Assembly (NCBI GenBank): GCA_034087725.1
Contig: JAXDXW010000016.1
Span: 1,586 to 65,585 of the forward strand
Reading direction: 5' to 3'
Length of the DNA: 64,000 bases
Origin: Candidatus Onthovivens sp.
Lineage (GTDB): Bacteria > Bacillota_I > Bacilli_A > RFN20 > CAG-826
The translations under genes were made by a program, and so were the position numbers. Each line of letters opens with the position of its first letter. Position 1 is the first letter of the stretch. Under the pieces are notes generated by a model. The model saw only the letters and a list, made by a program, of their open reading frames with translations, ran no database searches and had not been told where the DNA came from. Positions 54,758 through 64,000 of this stretch are shown here, in pieces.

Positions 54758-56434
54758 ATGAAGCGTAAATTTGATATTGTTTCTATAATCGGAGCTACAA
54801 ATATTATTTTAGGTGTTATTTCGGTAACCATGTCTATTGTACTTTATGAGGTAGGCAAAGAAGGCATTAAGCAACAAGAAATTGAAATTGTTAATAAGTC
54901 AACACAAAATTATCTTAATAGAATAGACGCTTTATTTTTAAAATTTAGTGAATTATCATTTTCAATTTCGACATCCAATGAAACTGCAAAGTTAAGAAAT
55001 TATTCGTACGATAAAGCTGGTGATATTTATGGAAAAGTACAAGCTTTGAATGATTTTGATAAAAAACTAGAAAATTATCTTCTTTTTAATTCGTGCGTTA
55101 CAAATGTAGCAGCAAAGTTTTCTGATGTTGAAGAATATTCTTATGGGATTAGGCATTTAGCGAAATCTAGTTCAACAGAAGAGATGGATTACGTTTTAAA
55201 TAATTTTAATTTTTTCAGTTATTCAATTAAACTTCAAACCTATAATGAAAAATTATACTACTTATATTCCGATTCAGAAAACGAAGAATTTAAGATTATT
55301 GTGGAGTTGGATGATCAACAATTCATTAATTTTTTTGATCTTGAAACTAATTTAACTACTTCCTTTGGCAAGGGCTTTTTTGTTAATGATAAATTTATAT
55401 ATTCGATTTCTAATTATGATGTCCCTTTCGAAGTAATTATGAATGAAAATTTTGATAATTTATTGAATGCTAAATCTTACATTAAGTATCAAGTTTATAA
55501 TGACGTTTTTGTATTTAGATTTTCTATTGATTTGACGAATATTAAAAATAGAGGAATTATACCAATTGTATATCTCATAATTGGTGTTATTTTGATTTTA
55601 ACAGTTTCTATTTTAAGCTTTGTTACAACAATAAATTATTTAAAAAAGCCTATTAAAGAATTAAAAATAGGTATGAAAGAAGTTTCAAAGGGAAATTTTT
55701 GCTATAAGCTTAATATTAAAGTTAATACTGATTTTAAAGAATTAATTGATGGCTTTAACTCAATGACTCAACTTTTAAATACATATATTGAAGAAAAATA
55801 TTTAAATGAAATTCGTGTAAAAGATGCAAATTTTAAAGTTTTGCAATCACAGATTCACCCTCATTTTTTATACAATTGTTTTGCTACAATACAAAGTCTT
55901 TTATCTTTAGAAGAGTATGATAAAGCGAAAGAATTGTCAAAAGAACTATCATTATATTATTCGTATATTACAAAGAATAAAAATATATTAGTTTGTTTAA
56001 AGGAAGAACGGGATCACATGAATCGCTACTTAAAGATACAAAAAATTCGTTTCGGTGACTCTGTAAAATATGATATAGATCAACTGGATGAAAAATTTTT
56101 TGAATATAAAGTACCAAAAATAATTTTTCAGCCAATAGTCGAAAACAGTTTCAAATATTCTTTTAAAAACATCGATAACGGGCAACTAAAAATCAGCATC
56201 TCTGAAGATGATACTTACTTAAAAATATCTTTTGAGGATAATGGAACTATTACAGATGAAAAGATAGAGGAATTAAATAATAAAATTTTTGATCAAAATA
56301 TAGAAATTAGTGGCTTAATAAATGTTGTTCAACGAATTTTAAACTACTCGCAAAAAACTTCTTCAGTAGAAATTTCAAAGGGGACGGATTTAAAAGGCTT
56401 AAATGTTACTTTTAAATTAAAAAAAGTTATATGA
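54758..56434 (+). CDS. Sensor histidine kinase, YesM-like (two TM helices, HAMP, His_kinase/HATPase)
   Basis: HAMP region after the second TM helix, QIHPHFLYNCF His_kinase motif, and an HATPase C-terminus. Confidence 0.85.
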   Translation: MKRKFDIVSIIGATNIILGVISVTMSIVLYEVGKEGIKQQEIEIVNKSTQNYLNRIDALFLKFSELSFSISTSNETAKLRNYSYDKAGDIYGKVQALNDFDKKLENYLLFNSCVTNVAAKFSDVEEYSYGIRHLAKSSSTEEMDYVLNNFNFFSYSIKLQTYNEKLYYLYSDSENEEFKIIVELDDQQFINFFDLETNLTTSFGKGFFVNDKFIYSISNYDVPFEVIMNENFDNLLNAKSYIKYQVYNDVFVFRFSIDLTNIKNRGIIPIVYLIIGVILILTVSILSFVTTINYLKKPIKELKIGMKEVSKGNFCYKLNIKVNTDFKELIDGFNSMTQLLNTYIEEKYLNEIRVKDANFKVLQSQIHPHFLYNCFATIQSLLSLEEYDKAKELSKELSLYYSYITKNKNILVCLKEERDHMNRYLKIQKIRFGDSVKYDIDQLDEKFFEYKVPKIIFQPIVENSFKYSFKNIDNGQLKISISEDDTYLKISFEDNGTITDEKIEELNNKIFDQNIEISGLINVVQRILNYSQKTSSVEISKGTDLKGLNVTFKLKKVI

Positions 56435-57624
56435 ATATTGTAATTATTGATGATGAGCAAATCATTGCAAATGCTTTTTATAAATTGATAAAGGACAAAT
56501 TTCCAAATCATAATATATTTGTTTTCTATAAAAGCACAAATGTTTTGGATTTTGCAAAAAATAGCAAAATTGATTTATTAATTTGTGACATTGATATGCC
56601 TGTAATGGACGGAATTGAGTTAGCTTCTTATTTAAAGAACCAATTTATTCATATGGAAACTATATTTTTAACAGGAATGGACACATTTGACTACGTGTAT
56701 AAAGCAAACAAAATACAAGACTCCAAATATTTGTTAAAAATCGAAGATCAAAAAATAATTTTAGATAATATATCTTCATCTTTAGAAAAAATCGAGATTA
56801 ACAACGAACATGATATTAATCATTTTGAATTAAAAGCAGAGAATGAAATTTTGAATTTAGAGAAAGAAAATAATGAAATTAAAGAAGTTATTTTAAATGA
56901 TCAAAGTAATTCATGCATCCAATTTAACAACTTATTTTTTAATTTTGCCGTATTTAATAATGAGCTTACTTTTGATGAAATTAAGAAATTATATGGCGTT
57001 TTTAGAGGGTTTTTTAATTTAAAAGTAGGAAATATCGTAAACTTGAGTAACACTGAATTTGCATTATTTTCTTCTGAAATAATTGCAGAAGAATCATTTA
57101 AAAGAGTTAAAGATATAATTAAAAACGAGTTCGATATTGCAATAAATGTGTGCGTTTGTACAAATAAAATTAATGACGAAAATATTAATAAAATTTATAA
57201 AAGGTCATTAAACATATTAAATATTTATGATCTAAACATAGGAAATTATATCATTTACGAAGATATAATTAAAAACGAATTAGATGACTCGCATAAATTA
57301 ATAGTCCTTATTAAAGATTATATTTATCAAAATACTGATAAGGATATTTCTTTAAAACGAATTTCTAATTTAGTTCATTATAATGAGTCTTATTTATCAA
57401 GATTTTTTAAGAAAAATACAGGGAAAAATTTTAAAGATTTCGTTACTGAAATAAAAGTTGAAAAAGCAAAGAATTTACTCGCAAGCAGCGATATGCAAGT
57501 TAAAGAAATTTCAAAGAATTTAGGATTTGAATCCACATCTCATTTTCAGTATTTTTTTAAGAAAAACATCGGTTGTACCCCGCTAGAATATAGACACAAT
57601 AATATTGGGTTTAATAGTAAGTAA
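56431..57624 (+). CDS. Response regulator, YesN-like (REC + AraC-type HTH)
   Basis: REC domain (IVIIDDE..LLICDIDMPVMDG) and a C-terminal AraC HTH (ISKNLGFESTSHFQYFFKKNIGCTPLEYR). ATGA overlap with the kinase gene. Confidence 0.85.
   Translation: MNIVIIDDEQIIANAFYKLIKDKFPNHNIFVFYKSTNVLDFAKNSKIDLLICDIDMPVMDGIELASYLKNQFIHMETIFLTGMDTFDYVYKANKIQDSKYLLKIEDQKIILDNISSSLEKIEINNEHDINHFELKAENEILNLEKENNEIKEVILNDQSNSCIQFNNLFFNFAVFNNELTFDEIKKLYGVFRGFFNLKVGNIVNLSNTEFALFSSEIIAEESFKRVKDIIKNEFDIAINVCVCTNKINDENINKIYKRSLNILNIYDLNIGNYIIYEDIIKNELDDSHKLIVLIKDYIYQNTDKDISLKRISNLVHYNESYLSRFFKKNTGKNFKDFVTEIKVEKAKNLLASSDMQVKEISKNLGFESTSHFQYFFKKNIGCTPLEYRHNNIGFNSK
56991..57015 (-). repeat. Partial copy of dispersed element (AAAAAACCCTCTAAAAACGCCATAT)
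   Basis: Shares the exact 16-mer AAAAAACCCTCTAAAA with the copy at 54603. It lies antisense inside the response-regulator CDS. Confidence 0.45.
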
Positions 57625-57710
57625 AAAATTCGATATTTTGTAAAATATACAAAATTGATAAGGAATTTCTCCTTTTTTAGAATAAAAATGAATTCAAATA
57701 AGGAGTTATC

Positions 57711-59351
57711 ATGAAAAAATTTTTTAAAGCAACAATAATTTCTCTTGCAGGTTTGCTTTGCTTTTCCTTAGGAAGTTGTAGTAAAGGCGGAGCCCAAGAA
57801 GAAGATTATTACGATCCTGAACATCGTCCTTTTGGCAAATATGATGAGCCAGTAAGAGTCAAAGGTGTTATGGAATTTTTACCACATAATGACAGTAGAG
57901 TTCCATCAAATATCACGCCAGAAACTAACGTTTATATAAAAAAAATAAAGAGTGAAATGAACATTCAATGGGAATATTTATGGAAAGTTCCATCAACTCA
58001 ATATGAGCAAAAGTTGACTTCTCAAATGCTTTCAAAGACCCACCCAGATATTCTTAAGTTAAATGCTGGTCAATATGAACAATTTTTGAAAAGAGGTCTT
58101 TTAAAAGACTTAACTGAGACATACTTATATGCATCAGATAAAACTAAAGCATTTTTAAATAGAAATCCAGAAGTCATAGAGAACTTAAAAACAAGTGATG
58201 GAAAAATTTATGCAATTCCACAATACGATGATATTAATCGCGAAGTTCCTGTTATGTATTATCGTAAAGATTGGCTAGATAAAAATAAATTATCAGTTCC
58301 TACAACTCCAGAAGAATTAAAGAATGTCTTAACTGTATTTAAAGAAAAAGAAGGAGCAACAAGTGCATTAGGCTTATCTAAATCGTTTGTTGGATCTTAT
58401 TTAACATTAGATAGATATCTCCAAACATACGGAGCAAATCCATTTTCTTGGATTGATGTTAACGGAGAATTAGTGGCAAGTGAAATCACTGACAATTCTA
58501 AAAACGCTTTAAAGTATTTGAATTCGCTTTATAAAGCTGGATTAATTGCTATCGATTTTGCTTCAACCGATGTTGCTGGAGCAGAAAATGCAATTAAAAA
58601 TGAAAAAACAGGTGTTATTTTTGGACCACGGTGGCAATATGAATATCCTCTTGCAGATATTTTGCCATCTCAAGATTGGGCTTGCGCTCCAATTCCATTA
58701 GCAGAAGGTGCTTCTATAATTATTCCAAAGCAACAAATTAGTTATTACTATGTTTGTACAAAAGACTTTACTCATCCAGAAATTTTAATGAAGATGATAA
58801 ATGCTTACATTGAACGGGATGGAATCGAGGGATGCAAACCTGAAGACGGTTATGTTTGGAGCTGGGTGCCTACTCAATTTTATGATCCAAACGAAGTAGA
58901 TACTCAATATCATCAATTCCAAGAAAGAATAAAAACTGATCCAGAAGCATCTCAACCTGCTCCCGAAGAATGGTCCAACCATTTAAAGAATTTATGGAAG
59001 GTTTATCCTCAATATAAAAAATGGAAAGAAGATCACGGAAGCGAAAAATATAAAGCAAACCGGTTTGCAAATATCTTAGGTAGATTAACTGACGAAGGAG
59101 CTTGGAAAGCTATTTTAGACACGCGAGAATCTGGCAGAGTTATTTTCGAACAATATTATGATTTACCTACTCAATCTCAAAAAGATTTTGGTGGTCAAAT
59201 GTCTACTCATGTAAATCAATACTTTATTGCTGCAATAATGGGAAATGTTGATATTGATAAAACTTGGGATTCATATGTTGCTGAGTGGAAATCGCTTGGT
59301 GGAAGTAAGTGTACAGCTGAAGTTAATGAGTGGTATAAAACTCATAAATAA
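57711..59351 (+). CDS. Sugar ABC transporter substrate-binding lipoprotein (LplA/YtcQ-like)
   Basis: Lipobox SLGSC. A large family-1 SBP positioned before two sugar permease genes. Confidence 0.8.
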   Translation: MKKFFKATIISLAGLLCFSLGSCSKGGAQEEDYYDPEHRPFGKYDEPVRVKGVMEFLPHNDSRVPSNITPETNVYIKKIKSEMNIQWEYLWKVPSTQYEQKLTSQMLSKTHPDILKLNAGQYEQFLKRGLLKDLTETYLYASDKTKAFLNRNPEVIENLKTSDGKIYAIPQYDDINREVPVMYYRKDWLDKNKLSVPTTPEELKNVLTVFKEKEGATSALGLSKSFVGSYLTLDRYLQTYGANPFSWIDVNGELVASEITDNSKNALKYLNSLYKAGLIAIDFASTDVAGAENAIKNEKTGVIFGPRWQYEYPLADILPSQDWACAPIPLAEGASIIIPKQQISYYYVCTKDFTHPEILMKMINAYIERDGIEGCKPEDGYVWSWVPTQFYDPNEVDTQYHQFQERIKTDPEASQPAPEEWSNHLKNLWKVYPQYKKWKEDHGSEKYKANRFANILGRLTDEGAWKAILDTRESGRVIFEQYYDLPTQSQKDFGGQMSTHVNQYFIAAIMGNVDIDKTWDSYVAEWKSLGGSKCTAEVNEWYKTHK

Positions 59352-59353
59352 TT

Positions 59354-60310
59354 ATGGAAGAAGTTTTAATTGATACAAAATCAGAGAAGAAAAAGTTTAG
59401 AATAAAAAGCTTTGACAAGAAAAATGGCCAATTAATTTGGCGGTTGATGCTTTTGCCTGGTTTGATATTTACATTGATATTTAAATATGGACCAATGTTT
59501 GGTGTTATCATTGCTTTTCAGGACTTTGGCTTGGGATCTCAATCTTTTTTCGGAAATACATGGGTAGGCTTTGATAACTTCACATATGCGTTTCAGTTAA
59601 AACAATTTGGACAATCAATTATTAATACTTTAATTATTAGCGGAAGTAAGATTGTTTTAGGTATTATTGTCCCTTTAGTTTTAGCTCTTCTAATTAACGA
59701 AGTTGGAAAAAAACGGTTTGCAAAAATCGTTCAAACGGCTTATTTTCTTCCTTTTTTCCTTTCTTGGGTTATCTTAGGTGGTATTTTTAATCAACTATTC
59801 TCTTATAACGGAATTATAAATACCTTAATTGAGATATTTGGAATGGAAAGAATTATGTTTTTAACTGATAACAATTGGTTTAGGGCAATAATTATTATTT
59901 CCGACGTTTGGAAAGGAATGGGGTATAACATGATCATTTTCCTTGCAGCTATTACTGGAGTTGATATGTCTTTGCACGAAGCTGCTGAAATCGATGGAGC
60001 AAATAGACTTCAAAGAGTATTTCATGTTACATTACCAGGGATTTTCCCAACAGTAGCTTTAATCTCTACTTTATCAATTTCAGGTATTTTAAACGGAAAT
60101 TTTGACCAAGTTTATATTTTATATAATCCAACTGTTTATGCAGGTGGAGATATTATTGATACATTTATTTATAGAATCATTAATGAGAATGCTGACAGAG
60201 GAATGGGAGTTTCAAGCGCTGTTGGTTTAATGAAATCGTTAATTGGTAGTGTTTTAGTTGGCGGTACATATTATTTTGCTTACAAAAAACTTGGCTATCG
60301 TATATTTTAG
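59354..60310 (+). CDS. Sugar ABC transporter permease (LplB-like)
   Basis: EAA loop HEAAEIDGANRLQRVFHVTLPG, six TM segments. Confidence 0.85.
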   Translation: MEEVLIDTKSEKKKFRIKSFDKKNGQLIWRLMLLPGLIFTLIFKYGPMFGVIIAFQDFGLGSQSFFGNTWVGFDNFTYAFQLKQFGQSIINTLIISGSKIVLGIIVPLVLALLINEVGKKRFAKIVQTAYFLPFFLSWVILGGIFNQLFSYNGIINTLIEIFGMERIMFLTDNNWFRAIIIISDVWKGMGYNMIIFLAAITGVDMSLHEAAEIDGANRLQRVFHVTLPGIFPTVALISTLSISGILNGNFDQVYILYNPTVYAGGDIIDTFIYRIINENADRGMGVSSAVGLMKSLIGSVLVGGTYYFAYKKLGYRIF

Positions 60311-60319
60311 GAGAAAATT

Positions 60320-61222
60320 ATGGCTATAAAATCATCAAAATCTAGAAAAGTATTCGTAGTTTTCAACTATATATTTTTAGGACTGTTAGCTATTATTTGC
60401 ATTTTCCCATTTATTCATTTATTAGCTGTATCTTTCTCAAGTGATGCATATACATCTCGAGGTTTGGTTTCGATTTACCCTATGGGCTTTACAACTGATG
60501 CTTATGAAATATTAGCTTCAAAGCCTGAATTTTTTAAAGCTTTTGGAATAAGCGTTGGAAGAACAATATGTGGCACATTACTTGCCTTATTTGTTATTAT
60601 TTTAACCGCCTATCCTCTTTCTAAATCACATAAAATTTTAAAAGGAAGAACTGCAATATGTTGGTTCTTCGTCTTTACCATGTTTTTTGGCGGCGGTCTA
60701 GCTGCTCAATATATGTTATATTTAAGTTTAGACTTAATTGATAATTATTTAGTTTATATCTTACCAGGTGCTTGCGATGTATGGTTCGTTTTAATGCTGA
60801 TGAACTTTTTTAGAGGAATACCAAAAGAAATAGAAGAGGCAGCAGTTATTGACGGATGTAATCAATTCCAAATATTATTTAGAATTTTTGTACCAATATC
60901 TGTACCTGTTATCGTTACAATTGTTCTTTTTACAGCAGTTGGCCATTGGAATTCGCGGTTTGATGGTGTTTTCTTTATGAATGATATATCTAGTTATCCA
61001 TTACAATCATATCTTTATGTCATGCTCGAAAGTTCAGATCCTGCTAAATTAGCTACTAGCGGTAATTTAACTCCTGAACAAATTGAAGCACTTAAAAACT
61101 TAGGTAATAAAAATTTACAAGCGGCACAAATTTTCTTAGGAATGTTGCCTATTACCTTAGTTTATCCATTTTTACAAAAATACTTTATTAAAGGTATCAC
61201 TATCGGGAGTGTTAAAGGTTAA
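60320..61222 (+). CDS. Sugar ABC transporter permease (LplC-like)
   Basis: EAA loop EEAAVIDGCNQFQILFRIFVP. Confidence 0.85.
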   Translation: MAIKSSKSRKVFVVFNYIFLGLLAIICIFPFIHLLAVSFSSDAYTSRGLVSIYPMGFTTDAYEILASKPEFFKAFGISVGRTICGTLLALFVIILTAYPLSKSHKILKGRTAICWFFVFTMFFGGGLAAQYMLYLSLDLIDNYLVYILPGACDVWFVLMLMNFFRGIPKEIEEAAVIDGCNQFQILFRIFVPISVPVIVTIVLFTAVGHWNSRFDGVFFMNDISSYPLQSYLYVMLESSDPAKLATSGNLTPEQIEALKNLGNKNLQAAQIFLGMLPITLVYPFLQKYFIKGITIGSVKG

Positions 61223-61223
61223 T

Positions 61224-62906
61224 ATGAAATTTAAAAAACCAATCTTATTTTGTGTCCCATTATTAATTTTGTCTTCTTGCAATAGCAATCAATCACCATA
61301 TGAAAAAACTAGTATTTTATGTGTGATGAGTGGATATGAAGGGGAGTCGTCTTTTCATAATGATATTTATAGAGAATTAATAACAACACATAAAAATAAT
61401 TATTACAATGTAGATTTAAATTTATATGATTTAGGAAACGAAAAGAGTTCATATAGTTCAACTTTTAAAGAAATAATCATGCAAAAAAATTACGATTATA
61501 TCGTTATTTTTGGTAATGATTTAGATTTTTATTTAAATGACACGATTGATATTTATCAAGGAATTAAATTTTTAAGGTTCGATAATGAAAACGATAAGAA
61601 GACTTTTAATTCCAAGTCGTATAATTTTTCTCCAGAACAATTTGGAGCATTAGCTGCCAAAAAAATAGAAGAGAAAAACGATGAAAAAATCGGCTATTTT
61701 TATCAATATCAAGATAGTTTTTATAACCGAAAATTATACGGATTATTATCGTCATTAACTAAAAATAATATTCAAATTTTTCCTTATAATTTAGAAGAAA
61801 GAAATAATAAAGAAAAAGTAGAAACGTATTTAGAAAGATCGAAATTAAATTATGATTGCTCTTTATTTTTCGAAGATATTAGCGATAATTTAGAATATTT
61901 TTATTCAAAAGTTAATTCAAGTGACACAATCTTTTCAACTTATTTTAGTCAAATAAAAAACGAAAAATCTTACATATATAAAGATTATAATAAAATGTTT
62001 GAGTTAATGCTTTCAGAGATAGCAAAAAAAGAAGTAAATATCGAAAGCAATACAGAAGTAGGCATTGAAGGTGGATATTTGTCTGCTAATGATGTTGAAA
62101 CATCATCTCTATTTGTGAATAAGTACACCGAAGAAAAAAGGGATGAGTTAAAGGCTTTAAAGAGGAAATATTTCTTTGATTTAGCTTCGGATTACGACAC
62201 TAAAGACAGTGTTTATGGCAAATTTCATGAAGCAGTTCCACATTGCGATGATATAAATGATTGGAAATATGCACCTCGACCTGGAGGAGATAATGGCAGA
62301 AAACCTAAAGATTGGAAGGCTTTAGGGATTTGGGCTACAATCTATGCTCAAGATGGAAAAGTTCGTTGCAATAATACAGGTATTGAATTTAAAAATATGA
62401 AAATTTATGGATATTCTTCAAGAAGAGGGCGGGTATTTATTGAACACGCAAACCCTGTTGGAGCATTTTATGATGAAAATTTCGTAAATGATTACCATAC
62501 AAATTTTGAAGGAAAATATTTTAATAGTAAATTAGATAAATCAACGAAGATACTTTTAGATCGCGAAACAAATGGATTTAATTATCATCCATTTGGAGAA
62601 CAATCTGATTTAGAACAACTCGATATGGTTGATATCGAATATGTTTATTCAACAATGGATATTAGGTTAATTCAATGGGATAAGAATCAACCTTCAGATA
62701 TGGAAGACGCAAAATATGTCGCAAATATTGGCGGTGACCGGTGGGTTTATAAGGGTGCAACTTGGAAGCCTGATCGGAGCGCTAATAAAGATGTATCTGT
62801 AGGTCAATTTCGAACAATCACAGAGGATTGGAAAACTTTAGAAATGTGTTCTGTTCCTTTAGAATTAGCTGACCAAATATTAGGGAGTAAAGAATTTTTA
62901 CAATAA
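61224..62906 (+). CDS. Lipoprotein: BMP-like N-terminal half fused to an unknown C-terminal domain
   Basis: The ATG at 61224 lies 1 nt after the permease stop. Lipobox LILSSC. The N-terminal half resembles BMP/PnrA-type binding proteins. The C-terminal ~230 aa (PHCDDINDWKYAPRPGGDNGRKPKDW..) are unrecognised. Confidence 0.6.
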   Translation: MKFKKPILFCVPLLILSSCNSNQSPYEKTSILCVMSGYEGESSFHNDIYRELITTHKNNYYNVDLNLYDLGNEKSSYSSTFKEIIMQKNYDYIVIFGNDLDFYLNDTIDIYQGIKFLRFDNENDKKTFNSKSYNFSPEQFGALAAKKIEEKNDEKIGYFYQYQDSFYNRKLYGLLSSLTKNNIQIFPYNLEERNNKEKVETYLERSKLNYDCSLFFEDISDNLEYFYSKVNSSDTIFSTYFSQIKNEKSYIYKDYNKMFELMLSEIAKKEVNIESNTEVGIEGGYLSANDVETSSLFVNKYTEEKRDELKALKRKYFFDLASDYDTKDSVYGKFHEAVPHCDDINDWKYAPRPGGDNGRKPKDWKALGIWATIYAQDGKVRCNNTGIEFKNMKIYGYSSRRGRVFIEHANPVGAFYDENFVNDYHTNFEGKYFNSKLDKSTKILLDRETNGFNYHPFGEQSDLEQLDMVDIEYVYSTMDIRLIQWDKNQPSDMEDAKYVANIGGDRWVYKGATWKPDRSANKDVSVGQFRTITEDWKTLEMCSVPLELADQILGSKEFLQ

Positions 62907-62919
62907 GAAAGGAGATAAT

Positions 62920-64000
62920 ATGAAAAAATTCGCTATTGCTACTTTACTTTGTTTGACCACTTTAGCAATAACTGGATGTGGAGTCCCTGTTGATCCAGGA
63001 GATAATCCTCCTATTACAGAAGTCAAAGTCGTCGGATTAGAACTTGACGAAACTGCGAAGGTAGACTGTGGCTTTACAAAAACGTTAACTTACAACGTAT
63101 TACCAGAAAATGCTACAAACAAAAACGTTACTTGGACGAGTGAAAATCCATCCATTGCAACTGTTGATCAAAACGGTGTTGTTACTGGTGTCAGTAATGG
63201 AACGACTAAAATCACTTGCACCACTGAGGATGGTGGCCTTAAAAGAGAATGTGCTGTAACTGTCGAAGGTTATAGACTCTCATCAAAAGTTTTTACAAAC
63301 ATCGGAAAATTAGAACTTCATACTTATAATGAAGAAGAAGGTCATAAAAACTATACAATTGATGATTCTCATGAGGACTATTTTGAGTTTTCCTTTAATA
63401 GAAAAGATGTGAGAGAATGGTCATCAACAATGCTTTGGTACGACCAAAAGGATACATATTCAGCAGTTGATATTGAAGTTGAACTAGTTTCTGGCCATTT
63501 GCCAGCAATTATGGTTGAACTTGCTGGTGAGGATACGTTTAAGCAATTCAAGAGAATTAATTTAACTCAAGGAGAAACGTCAACACTTCATTTCAATATT
63601 TCTGATTATAATATTAAAACTGGAGTAGATGGAGAAGGCTCATGGGGATATTTACTTCTAGAATTAAATAATCCAAATGATAAATCCGATACTTATAGAG
63701 ACACAGATGATGAAGTCGTTTTAAGATTTAAAAAGATTTCTATGACCGAGGGAACAAAAGAAGCTCCTGAAAAAATTAATAATTTACGTTTTGAATCAAG
63801 AATTAAAAAGCTCGTTTTCGAAAAAGATATTGCATCTCAAGATTATGATTTAGAAGTATATAAAATTGAAGAAGGCAGTGAAACTAAATTAGAATTGGAC
63901 ACAGCAATGCCTAGATTTATTACCTACGGTGAAAAAATTCCTAATATGGAAGTTGCATTTACTCCAAAATCATCAGGCACTGTCGATCAAGATTTCTCTA
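62920..64000 (+). CDS. Lipoprotein with Big_2 domain and putative carbohydrate-binding region (3' end outside window; not in ORF track)
   Basis: RBS AAAGGAG. Lipobox LAITGC. Big_2 pattern VTWTSENPSIATVDQNGVVTGVSNGTTKITC. The frame stays open to the window end. Confidence 0.75.
   Translation, partial: MKKFAIATLLCLTTLAITGCGVPVDPGDNPPITEVKVVGLELDETAKVDCGFTKTLTYNVLPENATNKNVTWTSENPSIATVDQNGVVTGVSNGTTKITCTTEDGGLKRECAVTVEGYRLSSKVFTNIGKLELHTYNEEEGHKNYTIDDSHEDYFEFSFNRKDVREWSSTMLWYDQKDTYSAVDIEVELVSGHLPAIMVELAGEDTFKQFKRINLTQGETSTLHFNISDYNIKTGVDGEGSWGYLLLELNNPNDKSDTYRDTDDEVVLRFKKISMTEGTKEAPEKINNLRFESRIKKLVFEKDIASQDYDLEVYKIEEGSETKLELDTAMPRFITYGEKIPNMEVAFTPKSSGTVDQDFS

Noticed and set aside
1-64000. Possibility that the organism uses genetic code 4 (TGA = Trp), as many Mollicutes do.
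   Set aside because: whiA (15066-15068), smpB (21988-21990) and mnmG end at TGA at the expected protein lengths. Trp in conserved positions is encoded by TGG. All housekeeping ORFs are intact under code 11.
1-64000. A search for CRISPR arrays, rRNA genes, tmRNA/RNase P-like structured RNAs, and intact IS elements or prophage genes.
   Set aside because: I saw no regularly spaced direct repeats, no rRNA-like conserved blocks, and no transposase, integrase or phage structural ORFs. The only tandem periodicity is the protein-level MBG repeat in 2164-6669.

Overview
The window is AT-rich chromosomal DNA from a low-GC, Firmicutes- or Mollicutes-like bacterium that uses the standard genetic code. 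TGA ends whiA and smpB, and Trp is encoded by TGG. At least ten predicted lipoproteins, a C-terminally membrane-anchored S8 protease without LPXTG, and an alMGS-like glycolipid glycosyltransferase suggest an Acholeplasma-like, wall-less or wall-poor lifestyle; this is inference. Gene content in order:
- A surface-protein cluster: a transglutaminase-like protein, a 1501-aa MBG-repeat protein, a zinc-ribbon/DUF898 protein, lipoproteins and a PA-domain subtilase.
- whiA plus a small XRE regulator.
- A divergent metal-resistance locus: ArsR, a separate HMA protein and a Cd/Zn-type ATPase on one strand, and a flavodoxin-like protein and CopA on the other.
- Housekeeping genes: smpB, a FolT-like ECF S component, pepT, dCMP deaminase, ecfA1-ecfA2-ecfT-truA, yebC, galU, ferritin and an SDR.
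- tRNA-Leu(CAA), followed by a decayed islet.
- A lysine riboswitch controlling an amino-acid ABC transporter.
- A UPF0104/GT4 glycolipid pair, yhaM and a HIT protein.
- Two large PrsA-like lipoproteins.
- sufCDSUB translationally coupled to mnmG-rsmG.
- A YesM/YesN-type two-component system with an LplABC-like sugar ABC transporter and unknown lipoproteins.

The most unusual observation is a dispersed ~34-bp DNA motif family with core AAAAACCCTGCAAAAsTCAACTATTTTTT. It occurs on both strands, right after stop codons, and inside conserved genes in different reading frames. Other notable points:
- the riboswitch-controlled solute-binding protein is circularly permuted;
- the transglutaminase-like core has Ser at the catalytic Cys position;
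- CopA carries DKTNT instead of DKTGT;
- smpB and the flavodoxin-like gene are candidate leaderless genes;
- the S8 protease ends in a Gly/Cys-rich tripartite tail.

I found no CRISPR array, rRNA gene or intact mobile element.
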